DNA of 64,000 bases from Atractiella rhizophila (Eukaryota), in contig MU271282.1 in the NCBI GenBank assembly GCA_021432655.1, positions 1 through 64,000 on the forward strand, written 5' to 3'. This document shows, in pieces, positions 51,286-64,000 of this stretch. The notes under the pieces were generated by a model that saw only the letters and a program-made list of their open reading frames with translations, did not search any database and was not told the DNA's origin. Position 1 is the first letter of the stretch. The number at the start of each line of letters is the position of its first letter. The translations under genes and the position numbers were made by a program.

Positions 51286-52579
51286 CGAACTCGGTACCCT
51301 GCAGTTTGGCAAAATCGTACTATATAAAGAAATTTTTCTAGAACCAGTCCAAAACAAGAGCACATCTGTCCTTCCTCGACTAGTGATCATTATCCTCCCA
51401 ACTCTGGGACTAGAAACCGCGCTAGTATCAGCGGCATGGGTTGGGAACTCGCCGACGCTTTCAGGTTGAATCATGAGCTCTCTATCGTCTAGGAGGAACA
51501 GGATCCTCTTCGCCAAACTCGAGATTTCACCAGGACCGCTCTACTGTAACAAATGTGACCCATGAGCAATTTTCAGAATGAACGGACAAACTTTTGTGCC
51601 CGCCAATGTCTTGACGAGCAGTGCTTGCACCACCATCTCCATCTCCATCGCTGCTCTGTGAATTCGTTTCGTTCGGAGGGACAGAGACGATTGCAAGAGC
51701 ATTAATCTGAGGAAGAAGGGTAGGGGAGTTTCGGATGTGCTATTCCAGTGCTGGGTCTATAACAAAGCGATGCGCGGATAAGATAGGCACTCTGGGCTAC
51801 AAAGGACTAACCGCCTGATTCAAGCGGCTGGACAATCGTCCAAACAGCAATGTGAATTGCTGCCGCGAATAATAAGCACGTCTCGCACGAATCCTCTTCC
51901 AGCGTTAATCACTGTCAACGGCCAGATTCAAAGACCACCTTGTAGAGACTTTCTCTTCTACCACCAGATGTGCATGTCGCAAGATTTGCAATTTGATAAC
52001 CACAAACTTTGAATGGCCACCTAAACGCCATATTCGCGATGATAAAGGAAAGAGTGGTTCCGGCTCGGTAAGCTTCGTGCATCATCCTGCTGACTTGTTT
52101 CGCGATGTGTGGGGTTAACACCTTTCCCGGCCCTGGAACGAGATGTGCACAAAGTAAGCAATTTCTCAGCATGGGTCAGCTTCATCGTACAAAGGCAAAG
52201 CTACCTTACGAAACACTATCACGACCGGATGATGAAAACGCGAGCCGGAGGACTTTGCTTTAATCATCATTTTGGAAACAATGAAAGCTCCGTTCGTGGA
52301 AGTAATATCCCAGCTACCCTGACGGGTAATAGAGCGTCTGGAGCTTATTTCTCACTCATCCCCACCACTCTGTTGCTACCTACGGGCCCACGCTGGCATC
52401 AGCCAACTGCGTGACCCGGCACCTTTTCGTTCACAGAGGCATACCACAGTCTACTAAGATGATTGGAAGCGTCCACATTCGATTCACTGAAAGGAGGACA
52501 TAAAAGGAGGGAGGTGAGCACTGGTGAGTTCAAGCGTCCAATAAATCGAATCCGACTGATGATAACAACAGTAAATCAA

Positions 52580-53495
52580 ATGGCTGACTTTACGCTCTAC
52601 TCTCACGATGGCGCACCAAATGTATCGTCCTTAGGTCTTGTTGAGAAGTACAGCTGACGCTGAAGGACATTTCTAGCCTTGGAAAATCGCAATCGTCCTC
52701 GAATGCTTGGGGCTTACTTATCGGCACAAATTTTTGGACCTCAAGAAGGGTTTGCGTCCCCTCTGTCGTCTAGTTTTGGCTACAATTGCAGACTCAGGGG
52801 AGCAGAAAGGGCCGGAACACACGAATCTGAATCCGAACGGACGGGTACCGACGCTGATAGATCACAAGAACAACGACTTTACGATCTGGGAGTCATGCGC
52901 TATCATATCTTATCTAGTAGACAAGTAAGCTGATTGGTACTGCGCTAGCAACCTTTCTAATGTCTTGTAGGTATGACACTGAGCGGAAGCTGTCTGCAGT
53001 TACTCCCGAGGATAAGTTTATTGAACTCCATTATCTTTTCTTCCAAGCAAGCGGGCAAGGCCCTTAGTAAGTGTCGTAGTTTCAGTCTTCAGGTACTGTA
53101 TACTCATGCCATTGCGATGATGCAGCTTTGGGCAATTCTCATGGTTCACATTCTCACGTCCAGAGAAGATTGCTTCTGCTCAAGAGCGTTACAAGAATGA
53201 GATCAACCGTGTGTGGAGTGTGCTTGAGGACATTCTGTGGAAGAAGGAATGGCTCGGCGGATCCAAATGCACTGTCGCTGATCTATCCTTCATCACTTGG
53301 AACGAAATGGTTCGTTTTCTCGTTCCACCTCATTGGTCAAGAGCTGAGAACACCACCTGCTTAAAGGCTCTCAACACAAAGGCGATTGATGACCCTGAGA
53401 AGTATCCGAAAGTCTTTGAATGACACAAGAAAATGGCAGAAATGCCTCCCGTGAAAAAGGTCTTGGACGAGAAGGCTGGAAGGCAGAAGCATTGA
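52580..53495 (+). CDS. Glutathione S-transferase, Ure2p-like class; premature TGA at 53421
   Basis: LYSH..APN/PWKI, LNPNGRVPTLID, IWESCAI, FQASGQGPYFGQ, RY.NEI.RV..VL, CTVADLSFI.W. Five GT-AG introns. Confidence 0.9.
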
Positions 53496-53989
53496 TGGAT
53501 GCGACTGGAAGATCAAACCAAGACATGGGGGTTATAACGAGTACTCAAAGGTCCTTTGCGGAAGGACATGTTCTGATCAGGCTGAACTGTTCTTCGTCTT
53601 TTAGTGCACAGTGAATTGAATCGACATCAGAACATCAAGCTCAGTGACCATTGGTTTCTGTGGCCCTAAAGAATAGTCTCGACCGAAAAACAACCACCGA
53701 ACCTGTCTCCAGTGTGTACTGAACGTGAACTGCGTCAGCAACGAAGATACGCAACAGCGACTTTTCCTCTTCTCCTTTGGGCCTCACTGAATGTGTTGGA
53801 TTTTGCAGTCTAGTTTCGTGCCACTCAGTGGCAAAGTTCTTTAGTTTTCTGGAATGTTCTACTACTTTCTAGTTGCCACTACTGTAAGCTATATAAGCAC
53901 ATAGAATTCCATTTTCTGGTGCTCATGCGTTTGCAAGAGCTCAGCCAAACGTAACCAGGTCGTACTTAGCTCCGCTCCTCAGCCCGTCG

Positions 53990-55665
53990 ATTTCCAACAC
54001 AAACGCATCCGGTTAGGCCACTGTCACCAGTCCAGAAGAGCGGATCAATACGACCCACGTGCCAGCCATGTCGACCCACACTGTTGGAATTCATTCACTT
54101 ATTCGTGAAATTCCAAAGCTCGCATCAGACAGCAACACTTACAGTTCGCTCATTCGCCTCAGATGTTTCCTCCCCCAACCTAGCAAGCTCCCAATCACCA
54201 AGGACACCGCGTCCGTTGTCGTCAAAGAGAATGTTGCCTTCAGATATATCTCTATGAAGGATCGAAGCTTGACCATTGGAGGAATCGAAGGCTTTCTGGT
54301 GAGCTAAAGCGACCAGATGGATAAGAGGTTGGTCTTGTCTAGAGAATTTACATACCTTCGAGATCATCAGCTAGAGTCTGAACCAGGCATTTCGTAGATG
54401 GGAACTCCCATAGCGGACGGACGACCTTATCCAAAACCAATCGACAGTGACGGAGCGATTTCTCCCCCGCAGAAGCGAGTTGGAGCCTTCCTGGGACATC
54501 ACCATGAACGACGAGTTTCAGAACATGCGGTATTCCTTTCTCTTTCAACAGCTCGTAGATTTCTCCTTCCGCCTTAGCGTATCCGACGTTGGGCCACGTA
54601 TCTTTCAAGAAAACTCGCTGTTCTTCGTCAGTGGCTCCTTCTGGATCAAATGCTCGAAAGCATCTCGTCCCGCGACCGACTGGGATGTTATGCCGGTACG
54701 TAAACGGTGTCGAAACGTAAAAGTGTCGAGCTTCCGCATCGGTCACCCCGACTGAAACCCTAAAGAGAGGTTCACTCGCGCTAAGCTCCAGAACCTCCGG
54801 AGCGTGATGAGATAGTTGATTATCTGGTGCTAAGACGAAGGTAAGGTCATGTCCACGGTCCTCTCGGTTGGCGTTCGTATATCTCCAGAAGAACTCTTGA
54901 AGGTAGGTATCCTTCGAGTAATCGGGTAACTCGAAACCCAGCTTGTGAGTGGCAGATCAATCGCGCGTTGTGACCTCGCACGTAAAATGACAAAACACGA
55001 GTTCGTTGTTGACTCGATAGAATCATCGTACTGTAGATGATGATCTGGCCGCGTGTCTTCTGTCCTGTCCGGCTCTCCGTCTCTACGATGCCTCTCGTGG
55101 GAGTTCCCAGGTCATCTGTATCTTCAAAAGGATCGCTTTCCTTTTTGACTTTGAATTCCCCAAACAATTCTGCCCGCGCCATATCGGCCTTGTAACCCTT
55201 GGTACCCTCATCACTCTGCTCGATTTCAGATGACGGATCGTAAAGAGTGACATCCGGTTTACCACGATCAGACCCAAACACTGGCGCAAAGCATCGGCCA
55301 TCGTTGGACTGACTCGTGTTCGCTAGTTTCCAATCCCCCACGAATGAAGACATATAGTCGATCTAAGAAGAATCCACATAAATACTGAGCCGTGATAATG
55401 GAACAACACTCACAAAAGGGGTATAATGCTCGAAATTTTCATTGTGGGAGAGGGTCGGAGGGACTGTTGGTTCGGGCATGACAGGACCAGGCGGCAACAA
55501 GTCCAAGAACGCCTCGACGTCCATGTAGACAAAGCGTCCCTTCATTTCTCGAGCGGCAGAAAGTTTCGCTTCATCCGACCCTTCATTCTGCGAAGCTTGA
55601 CTGTGGAAGCTGGAGCGACTGGTGGTACGTCGGGGCGTTACTTTTAGCTGATTGGAAGTGGGCAC
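53990..55665 (-). pseudogene. Fungal-type (FunK1/Pkinase_fungal) protein kinase, probably pseudogenised
   Basis: RGQI..Y, GRGTR, VFLKDTW, LHRDISEGNIL, GDWELA, RT/GTW. Frameshift near 54920; C-lobe appears truncated. Confidence 0.85.
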
Positions 55666-56082
55666 TAGACTCGATTGTGGAGGAGTGGGAGCTCGAGCTC
55701 ATTGTTGCGAATCTTGTGGTGGGAGGACGAAACTGATGACGACCAAATCTCAATATAGCCGTTCACTCCCTCTTCCCTTCAGACTGGATGACTACCTACA
55801 GTGTTCGGGAAAAATGACGATTGGCTCGATCGCTTGGGAGTGATAAACCTCAACAACTTCCGTACGGTCAAAGCAGGTTGTGTTCGCAAGGGTGAGCGGA
55901 AGCAGTGATTGGTGGCACAAGGAAGGCGAAAGTATCGATTATTGATGCTGAAGCTCTAAAGCTCTAAAACGAAAGGGAAGGCTAGGCTGGCCAGAAACAC
56001 AGGGATAGGATATCGGATGCGACCGACCATGCTGTAGTTTTAGCTTAGTTACTTAGTGACAGAGTCGGTGAACAGGCAATGT

Positions 56083-56890
56083 GCGGCAACCTCGTCGCTC
56101 CCAGGGGTTTGCGCAAGCGAAAAATGGTTTTACGCTTCAATTTTGAGAAAATTCGCAGCCAAAACGCAGGTCAAAACGGGTCGACCAATTTTATCACAGA
56201 CCAACTCCGACCCCTTGGGCGACTGGTCTGCAGGATCTGATACATTGTAAGGGCATGCAGGCACTTATAAATTGAGTCCAAACTGCTTCATATTGAAATT
56301 GCATTATGCTACGAATGCTGCTGCCTATGGGCATTGGCAATTATAGGAAGCAGCAACCAAAGAATTTTGAAGTGGCGGACAGCTCGTCCGGAGCCTAAAT
56401 TTGTAGGCTTCGGACTGATAAATGTCTCCCGTGCTATCTGTTTGCACATTGAGCAGACCAGTCGCCCCAAGGGGTCGGAGTTGGTCTGTGATAAAATTGG
56501 TCGACCCGTTTTGACCTGCGTTTTGGCTGCGAATCCTTTCCTTACCTCTAAAAGCCATCCGTTCTTGGCATGAGTCATAAAACGCACTTTTGAGCCTTCA
56601 TACCTCCCTCACCAGGGACATTGAAAAGAAATGAATTACCCCATCTTACTGCATATGCTTGCGCCTTTCTGAATCCGCGAGGAAATTTTATTCTGAAGGG
56701 GAAAAAAAATGCGTTTCACACTGGACTCGAACCCTCACAAGAGTCACAGTAGGGTTCAAGGGGCCATGCCCCTTGCGAGTGGGTTGGGGGGCCTGAGTGA
56801 CGAAGGCCGATGACACACTTGTTTTCTCAAAATTGAAGCGCAAAACCATTTTTCGCTTGCTCAAACCCCTGGGGGCGACGAGTTTGCCGC
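56083..56890. mobile_element. Foldback/MITE-like element with about 150-bp inverted arms; right arm split by a mini-Helitron
   Basis: 56083-56231 is the reverse complement of 56453-56533 plus 56822-56890. No TSD seen. Confidence 0.8.
56534..56821 (+). mobile_element. Complete mini-Helitron (288 bp)
   Basis: Inserted at A|T with no TSD, as shown by the opposite MITE arm. Starts TC; hairpin GGCCT-GAGTGACGA-AGGCC; ends CTTG. Confidence 0.88.
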
Positions 56891-57137
56891 CTGCTTTTGG
56901 CGAACTTGAAGCTGCTTGGTCGGTGGTTTGCCACTGGAGTTAGGCATACCTACAATCCACTAACTGAACTTTTGTTCCTTACGTGAACATCTCTTGTAAT
57001 CAATCTATTCTATAGATGATGCTATAGGCGCTACAATGAAACAATGAGGGTGAACGTAGCAACAGTCGGTAGGGATTCATTTCTGCAGCATTGAGAATGC
57101 ATGCTTCCTCCTCCATATGAAGGCGTGAAGTGGGCTA

Positions 57138-60100
57138 CTAACCATCGATTTGTCGATTTGAATGCTTCCATCTATCCTCCGGCCCCCCTAAGTGTGCCTC
57201 GTTCTCGAGATCGGGAGGTCTAGGCAAACTAACATTGCGGGAAGAAGTTGAAAGAAATGCGTAGCCTTCTCCTTCATCCTCGTTAAGCGAATTAGAGACA
57301 AAGGAGACGAAAAAACGGTCCATTTCCTTTTCAGTTTTCCTGTGTGACGTAGGAACTGACAAGGTGAGAAGGGGTCTTTCCCCTCCATTCCAGCCATCGT
57401 CTTGTAGTCATTCGGAGACGCGATTGAAAGGTATCAGACGCGGTGCAATAAGTATCGTCAATCAACTTCCTGCCTGTCTTTCGAGGGGAAGCGGAGGCCT
57501 GTGATGGTTCGGTTCGTTTCTCGGAAACGGGGGAATAGGCATGGTCTTCGCTATCCTCTTTTACGACACGAAAGTACGAGTCGCCAACCACTGTTCTCCC
57601 GATCGAAGTCTGATTGAGCAGAAAACGAACTGATTCAAAAGTTTAGACATGAACGCTCAAGAGAGAGAAAGACAAACGATAATCAAATGTCATTTTGCCG
57701 GTCAACGACACTAAAACCGGCACCCAAATCGAAAGGATTATCAGTGCTGGTATGGCAAAGACAATGTCGTAAGTGATTGCAGTGTTGCTAGGACGAACAT
57801 TCAACGTGTTTGCATACGCAGTCCCAACCAAGTTATTGGCTATCCTATCTGTAAACATAAGGTTTGCTACCTTTGCATAGCATAGACTCAACGACGTGAG
57901 AATCGTGACGAGGGAAAGCCGAACAGGCGCTGTATCTGGATTATCCTGGTAGTAGCTTCGCCATTTCGCCAAAATTGCAAAGCTGGATGATCCATCTAGC
58001 TGAAAGCTGTCTCCAGAGAAAAAACCGAGCGAGGAATGATCATCTTTGGCGAGATCATGAACGGCCGACCAAGCAGCATCCAGCAGAGAACTTCCTGCAG
58101 TTCCAAGTTCGACACATCAGACTGGCAAATGGCTACGGAATGCACAAAGTGAGACCAAGCCTGTAACCGGTCTGATGAACCTCTAGGGGCGTAGAATCGA
58201 TCTGACCGTAAGGTGCGGAGACCAGGATCATCCTGCCTAGTGCCAAGGTTAATGCCGTCCTTTTCCACTTGTCTTACAAAGCATTCAGACCCTATCATTC
58301 ATCGTTGACTTTGCCGTAGACCCGCTCGATACAAACGGACGACCATGAATCGAGCTTTTCCATTCCCCAGAGCACATTTAGTTGAATGTTCTCCGGGTCT
58401 CGTTTGATGTTCAGATCTGAAAGTCTTTGTATTGTCCCGTTATATCGGCATTCGAGAGTCTGTATTGCCAGCCTGGTCGCTGAAGCACAAACATGCAATG
58501 GTTGATACCACGTCACGTTTGCACCTTGGCGTCTTGAATTTCTATGATCCAGCCGATTTGGTATCCCTGTGACAAAAGAGCAATACACTTTTGAAACATC
58601 TGACAATCAGAGGAACGTCGATAGATATGAAATGAAAGGACGAACCTGCAATCCTCCTCAGATCTGGTGAACCAAAGGTCAAGTCTCCACCTCTTTGACA
58701 GAGGTCAGCAACATGTAGGGGGGCTAGGTATGCTTCGGAGGTCGAGGGAACATCCATAAACATGCCGCCGAACTCAACAAAAGACAAGGAGCGCAACCTC
58801 CCGATAGAAGTACGATTCGTGGGCACTCTATACCCTTCGAACGTTTCGTTTTGAGATATGTTTCGAGAATCCATCATGATCAGGTTCAAACGAGTGGCAG
58901 CTGCTAATGCATGTTCCCACAGGGTTCCTTTCTGTCCTTCCCCATAGTCCGCAAAGTTCGGGGCTGCGTTCGTCCTGCCTCGTCATTAGTTTGATTAGAC
59001 AGAAGAAGAAAAAAAGAGGGATACAGATTGTAAAACCCTCCATGATCTACGATATCCAACGTGGTAAGCCACGTATAGTACTTACCAGCGGTCGTGTATT
59101 CGAAGGTAAGTTTCGTATTGACGCATACTGTGACCTCCAATTCCCTCATTTCAACAGAAGCTCATACAAAACAAAAGGGGCGTACCGGCTCAATCCAAAG
59201 AACATCTTGCTTCCAACTCGCTCCGTCGTTATCTATTGTTGGTAAGGTATTGTTCAATAAACCGATTCTGGATGTTCCCCCACATCAACAACGGCCCCTT
59301 AACCATCACCAATGAGTCTAAAAGAAAAAGACGATCTAGAACCTCGCCTTCAATCCCAAAAATACCTTCTCTGAGGTGAATGTGTCCATCTGTGCCATAT
59401 AGCCTACAGAAAATTCCATCACCGTATTGTTCTTTGTAAACCCGTTATAAAAGCTATTGAGGCGTCAGACAGGAAACAGAAATCAAGGTATAAAAATTTA
59501 CTTGCGGAACTGCATGGTCAACGTGGAGTACTTGATGAGAACTTGCTCGTGATATTCGACGGGATGATACCACTGTGGATATCTTGTCCAGGACAGGATT
59601 GATAATCTGCAGTTGAATATCCAAAGACTCCGCAATACCGTCCACTACGGTAGGCATCTCTCGGACTCATTGATTTTCCTACGTTGCTGTCAGCCATCAC
59701 ATACCTTGTGCGGACCGTCTGATGAGGGCTTTCTTTCCTGCCTGTATCGAGGCCGAGCGGAGTAATGACACCTGTTTGACAGGTTTAACAATACAAAACA
59801 TGGATTATGCAAAGAAACAGACCGGCAACTGCCATGAGAATCCATGTTACAATCACCAAACCGTTGAAAAGTAATACGCGGCGATCCAAACCCTTTCGTG
59901 AGGCAAAATCAGTGGACAGAATGGTTGGCCAGAGAGAGGAGTGAAGAGTTTTCGCTAGATTCGACCAAGTGACGGCAGAGTTGGTTGTTTTGATGAAGGA
60001 AACGAGACAGGGGACGAGGCCTATGCTCTATCTGTCACGAGTCAGACTTTTGAGAGGGGAAAGGACATTCGAGGAAACACTTGCCTAAACCCAGTGTGAA

Positions 60101-60309
60101 CTGGACAATAAAAATGCCCAAGTTCATCAGAGCTACTTGTGCCACTGACAACAACATATCTTCACGTTTGGCCCAAATATATGAGGAATTGTGAGGAAAG
60201 ATTCCACTATAAATCCATTGCGGCGTGCAACTTGAGATCTTGAGAGCTTGGGCAGGGAAGGGCGACTCTTAGTAATAAAGAGGGAAGGATATCCACTTTC
60301 AAATTTCAT
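57138..60309 (-). pseudogene. Conserved-type fungal membrane protein of unknown function (2 N-terminal TMs, large loop, C-terminal TM), frameshifted
   Basis: NSAVTWSNLAKTLHSSLWPTILSTD...ITPLGL and YDIVFAIPALIIL. Many broken frames beyond what introns explain. Confidence 0.55.
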
Positions 60310-60455
60310 GACATACATCTGCGTCCGTTCACACGTTCAAGTCTAGTGAGTACCATGACATTCATCGGTCTAGCAGTAACACTTGCAGGGGGTTTAAAAC
60401 CTTGATTTCTGAGAGACTATGGAAACAATAGTTAAGGACAAGAGGACAAAGATTT

Positions 60456-61460
60456 TTAAACACGATGGTGAACGAAAAGGTACCATTTCTTAAGAGTTTG
60501 AATAGCAATTCCCCGTTCTGCAGACACCGCACTCCCAAGAAGAAGATCTAAAAGCATCAGCTCATCCCCTTCTAATTCATTCCGATGCCGACCCCGCAAG
60601 CGAGTAACCATAACTTGGCCCAGCATTGAACCGTCCTGATCCACAAAGCCAAGTACCTCCTCCAAGTGCCGGACACAGCCACGAGAATGTGAGAGGAAAC
60701 GGACACCACATGCGCAGCGTCCATTGAAGCCAAAGGTCCCAGCTCGCCACCTAATCCCAAGCCTGCAATCCAGCAGAGTCCTCTGTAAGTAGTACCTTGT
60801 CAAGAAGGGAAGTAGGGGTCTGCTGAGAGGACGAAATGTTGGAAGCGAGAAAACCCAGCTGACAAGGATCCTGGAGGTAGGAGCAACGAAGATGAAGAAG
60901 GAATATGGAGAGTGAGAATGTCGTTGGGATGCTGAGCGCGACCCTCGAGGGTCGCGCTCAGCCTCCACCACATCCAAATAAGTCTTGTAGTGTGGGCAAT
61001 GTTGGATCAGTGGGATAAGAGGGTTGAGCCAGAGTAGGGAGAGGTGATCAAAGAGTGAACAGGGTTAACTGGGGAGGAGCTGCGAAGGTGATGATTGAAA
61101 CCAAGACCCAGGTAGCGGAGGTGCCTAGCAGGTTGGAGGATGCCGGAAATTGAAGCGGCAACTTTCCACCCAATGAGGGGCAATCCTGTCACCTAGCAAA
61201 CCACTGACTTGATGAGGCAGAGGTAGAGGAGCATGGCCTCCTGTGAGGCCAAGTGTCCCAGCTCGCAAGCGGCCAATAATAAACTAGTCCACCCCGCATA
61301 GTCACTAATAGGCTACACAAAGGTCCGATAAACAGTAAGTCGAGTTAGAGGGGTGCCAACTGGAGCCAGAGACCATAAGATTTTTCAAGAATGCATCCAT
61401 CTTCTGGACCTTGTGCAGGAGACATGCCTGCAAGTCTAGTCTGGAGCAGGTCGTTTCGAC
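60456..61460 (-). mobile_element. Non-LTR retrotransposon relic (region C-terminal to RT)
   Basis: Frameshift-corrected SSWHP.TRLTVYRTFV*PISDYAG and a terminal CACG.RF...C...LLDLLL segment. Confidence 0.5.
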
Positions 61461-62017
61461 CTTGTTCACTGATCCTTGGTTTTGCTTCATTCAGCACGAC
61501 TGGCCACAAGGTTAGTAGATCTGCGAAGTGTCACTTCTTTCGCACCCTTTGTCGTCTTTCTACCTTCTCGTCGACGGGGCTGTTCAATATCGCAATTGAC
61601 ACAATAGGCGGGCATGATTGGAAAATTCCAAGAGTTCAATTCCTCTGCAGAATTAAACCAAATATAAGTGCATCGCGACACAAGCCAGCACGAGCACCTG
61701 CTCTTGTGCGATCCTGATACCTTTCTAAATCTGAAAATCTGGGTTCTTCTGGAAAGGAGAAAGGGACAACCACTTTATATACCCCCCGATCGTCTTTGTC
61801 CTTTCCATCCCTTTGTATAGCTGCTAGCCCGACCGAAGAGCTCACTGTTCGCGGGGGAAGCCAGTTTATCCGGCCAAGTCTGCTTTCTCTCTTTCCTAGA
61901 AATAGTGCTGCTGACCCATTCGCATAGTTCGTTAATCTATGAAGTGATAGGTCGCATTAATGTGTCTGGTGGAAATGGACTTTCACAGTATAGATAGAGG
62001 GTGAGGGAGGGATGGAG

Positions 62018-62373
62018 TGACAAATGTATTAGCGCTGCGAAGTACAAGACAACAATGAGTATATGTTGCATTCAGTATGTAAGGGAACGAGGGAGGGGTC
62101 AAGAATTGCGCCGTTCGTGGGGGGCCTGCAGGTTCTTGGGGAGTGCAACGATCATCGGAGCGGCAAAGTTTTCTTGGCCCTCCCTCGAAGGGAACTACAT
62201 TACCTGCGAAGGGCGAGACAACAATGAGTATAAGTCTCGCACTTGCAGGTTTACAAGCTTTTATAACAGAGAGATCCCTGTGGCAAAAGGTTGGCCACAG
62301 TTCCAGAAAGTGCTCGAAGGAATCAACACGCAAGTGCACAAGTGGCGAAAGGAGGAGGCGCACAATTCTGTCA
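62018..62373 (-). mobile_element. Solo Copia LTR, long diverged variant (356 bp) with TSD TGGAG
   Basis: TG...CA ends. TGGAG at 62013-62017 and 62374-62378. Homologous to the other two LTRs. Confidence 0.92.
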
Positions 62374-63659
62374 TGGAGGTGGACGGCAGACTGTTTGACT
62401 TGCGTTTTTTGTAAGCTGACAGTAGCACCGGAGTAGCATATCAGCTTTTCAATGCCTGCCACTGTGATGTTTACAAATAGTAGCTCCGTGTTGGTCTTGT
62501 CTCGCCTCTTCGCTCTCTCAGCATCAGCAAATTCCCTGGCGCTGTAGCGTCTATCCTAGGAACACCGTATAGACTTCCTATGAGCTCCGAGCAGCCCCTA
62601 TGGACCTTTAGGACCCTATGGCAAGCTTCAAATACCGACCTTCCACAAACTTTAACACCACCCATGACTCCAGAGTGACTCACCGCATTTCCCTATTGCC
62701 TAAGGGGTCAACACGGATTAAGGGCTCTTCACTCATCCAAATTTTTTTTTCCAAGTTCATCCAGTTTGAATCTCATTCATCCTTATTCTCAAGATCTGCT
62801 TGCATTCTGCCTGCACAGATTTCCTCAAACTGTCTCCTCTCTCCATTCCTACGAGCCTTCTCTCCCTCCAACCCTCCCAGACATGATGTCCTCCAAGCTA
62901 CTGGCCACATCACCCATCTCGTGCTCTGACCCGGTGTCTCAATGCCAACAAAGACAGGAGTCTGGATCAATCTGAAGGGAGCTGGCTTATGTAGAGTGAT
63001 AAAAGCAGTGATATTACTGAGAAGGGTAAGTGGTTGATTTTCGGCATACCATCATGGATGGGATTTGTGATGCTCTCAATCAATCCTGCACTTATACTTC
63101 GTTTAGCTCACATCTCCTGCCCATCCTCCCCATTACTGATCCTTCCTACCCCTCAATTATCTGCAGTATTCTTGTTGCACAACCACCCTATCGCAGCTTA
63201 CGACCTCGGCCGTTCCTCACTTGGATTCATAGTATTGTTCTGTCTCACTTCACGAGGTGAAGGACTGGTCGGCTTTCACTTGTCCATTTTGAGTTGAATG
63301 TGCACAGGTCAGGAAGGACTCCAGGAAGTCAACAGATGGTCATTGAGCGAATTTAACTGTTCAAGCAGCTGTCACAGAGCTAGGGGTGCCTAATGTGAGT
63401 TCTATCTACATCCCTCTTAACTCACATTTACCTCTAAGTGATAATGTTCTCTTAGGCATTAAAGTGGTCATCTGTAGACTTGTTAGCAGTGATTGGATAT
63501 GAGAAGATAGAGCAGACAAGTGATCCGGTTCCTGCAGCACATGATAGTGGATGCTATAGTAGTTTTGCTGATTAATAAGTGGGGTTTATGGCATTATATA
63601 TATGTCACAAAGCATGGGAAGGCAGCCTACAAACGAAATGAGAGAGCAAACAAGGTGAC

Positions 63660-63782
63660 TCATCCATAGCGCGATAGCCCCATAGCGCGATAGCAGCACT
63701 CCTAGCTGTCTAGGATAGAGCCCGGGTGACAAAAACCCTATGAGCTCCTATGAGCTATCATAGCGCCTATAGCTCCATAGAC
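63660..63782. repeat. CATAGC/CTATGAGC-rich short repeat cluster (probable transposon subterminal region)
   Basis: CCATAGCGCGATAGC twice and CCTATGAGCT twice. Related motifs at 62545-62620. Confidence 0.5.
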
Positions 63783-64000
63783 AACCATCCGAAAAGTGCT
63801 GATGAGTCCTCCCATTCATCACCCTTTCAGCGATGTTACCGGAGGGGTGAATGGCTCCGTGGCTTCGACATTCCCCAGAGACAGCGCATTGAGGAAGTTT
63901 GCGAAAAGTTCAAGTCGAAGGAACCTTTGAGAGAAGCACCATCCCTTCATTGTCGCATGTCCGAATTTTATGCCAGTTAATCGGCTTTCCACAACCGTCA

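Noticed and set aside
53421..53423. Selenocysteine codon in the GST
   Set aside because: The position corresponds to Trp, not a catalytic Cys, and no SECIS was recognised.
63980..64000. GGCTTTCCACAACC resembling the CMC terminus at 6081-6094
   Set aside because: Short, imperfect and at the window edge, so it cannot be evaluated.

Overview
Eukaryotic, intron-rich fungal DNA, most likely a basidiomycete (short GT-AG introns, FunK1 kinase, DUF6534/DUF6532/SNG1-type genes). It is a transposon graveyard with nested insertions. The mobile elements are: a hAT end inside a CACTA/CMC element that itself cuts a Helitron; a truncated Copia plus two solo LTRs with perfect 5-bp TSDs; a second hAT with an inverted duplication of its 3' end; a Tc1-like DDE transposase; a LINE relic; a foldback MITE; and at least seven Helitron pieces. 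Host-type genes include an AOX-like GMC oxidoreductase, two intronless F-box-like paralogues, an SNG1/DUF3533 membrane protein and a Ure2p-like GST with one premature TGA. Decayed genes include a patatin-STAND NLR, a Rap-like GTPase and a FunK1 kinase. The best-supported unusual observation is a family of very short A|TC...CTTG|T Helitrons. One has its empty site reconstructable from the opposite arm of the MITE it interrupts, and several carry tRNA-like Pol III A/B boxes. No prokaryotic-type system (CRISPR, defence operon) is supported. All family assignments come from motif recognition by eye, not from database searches.
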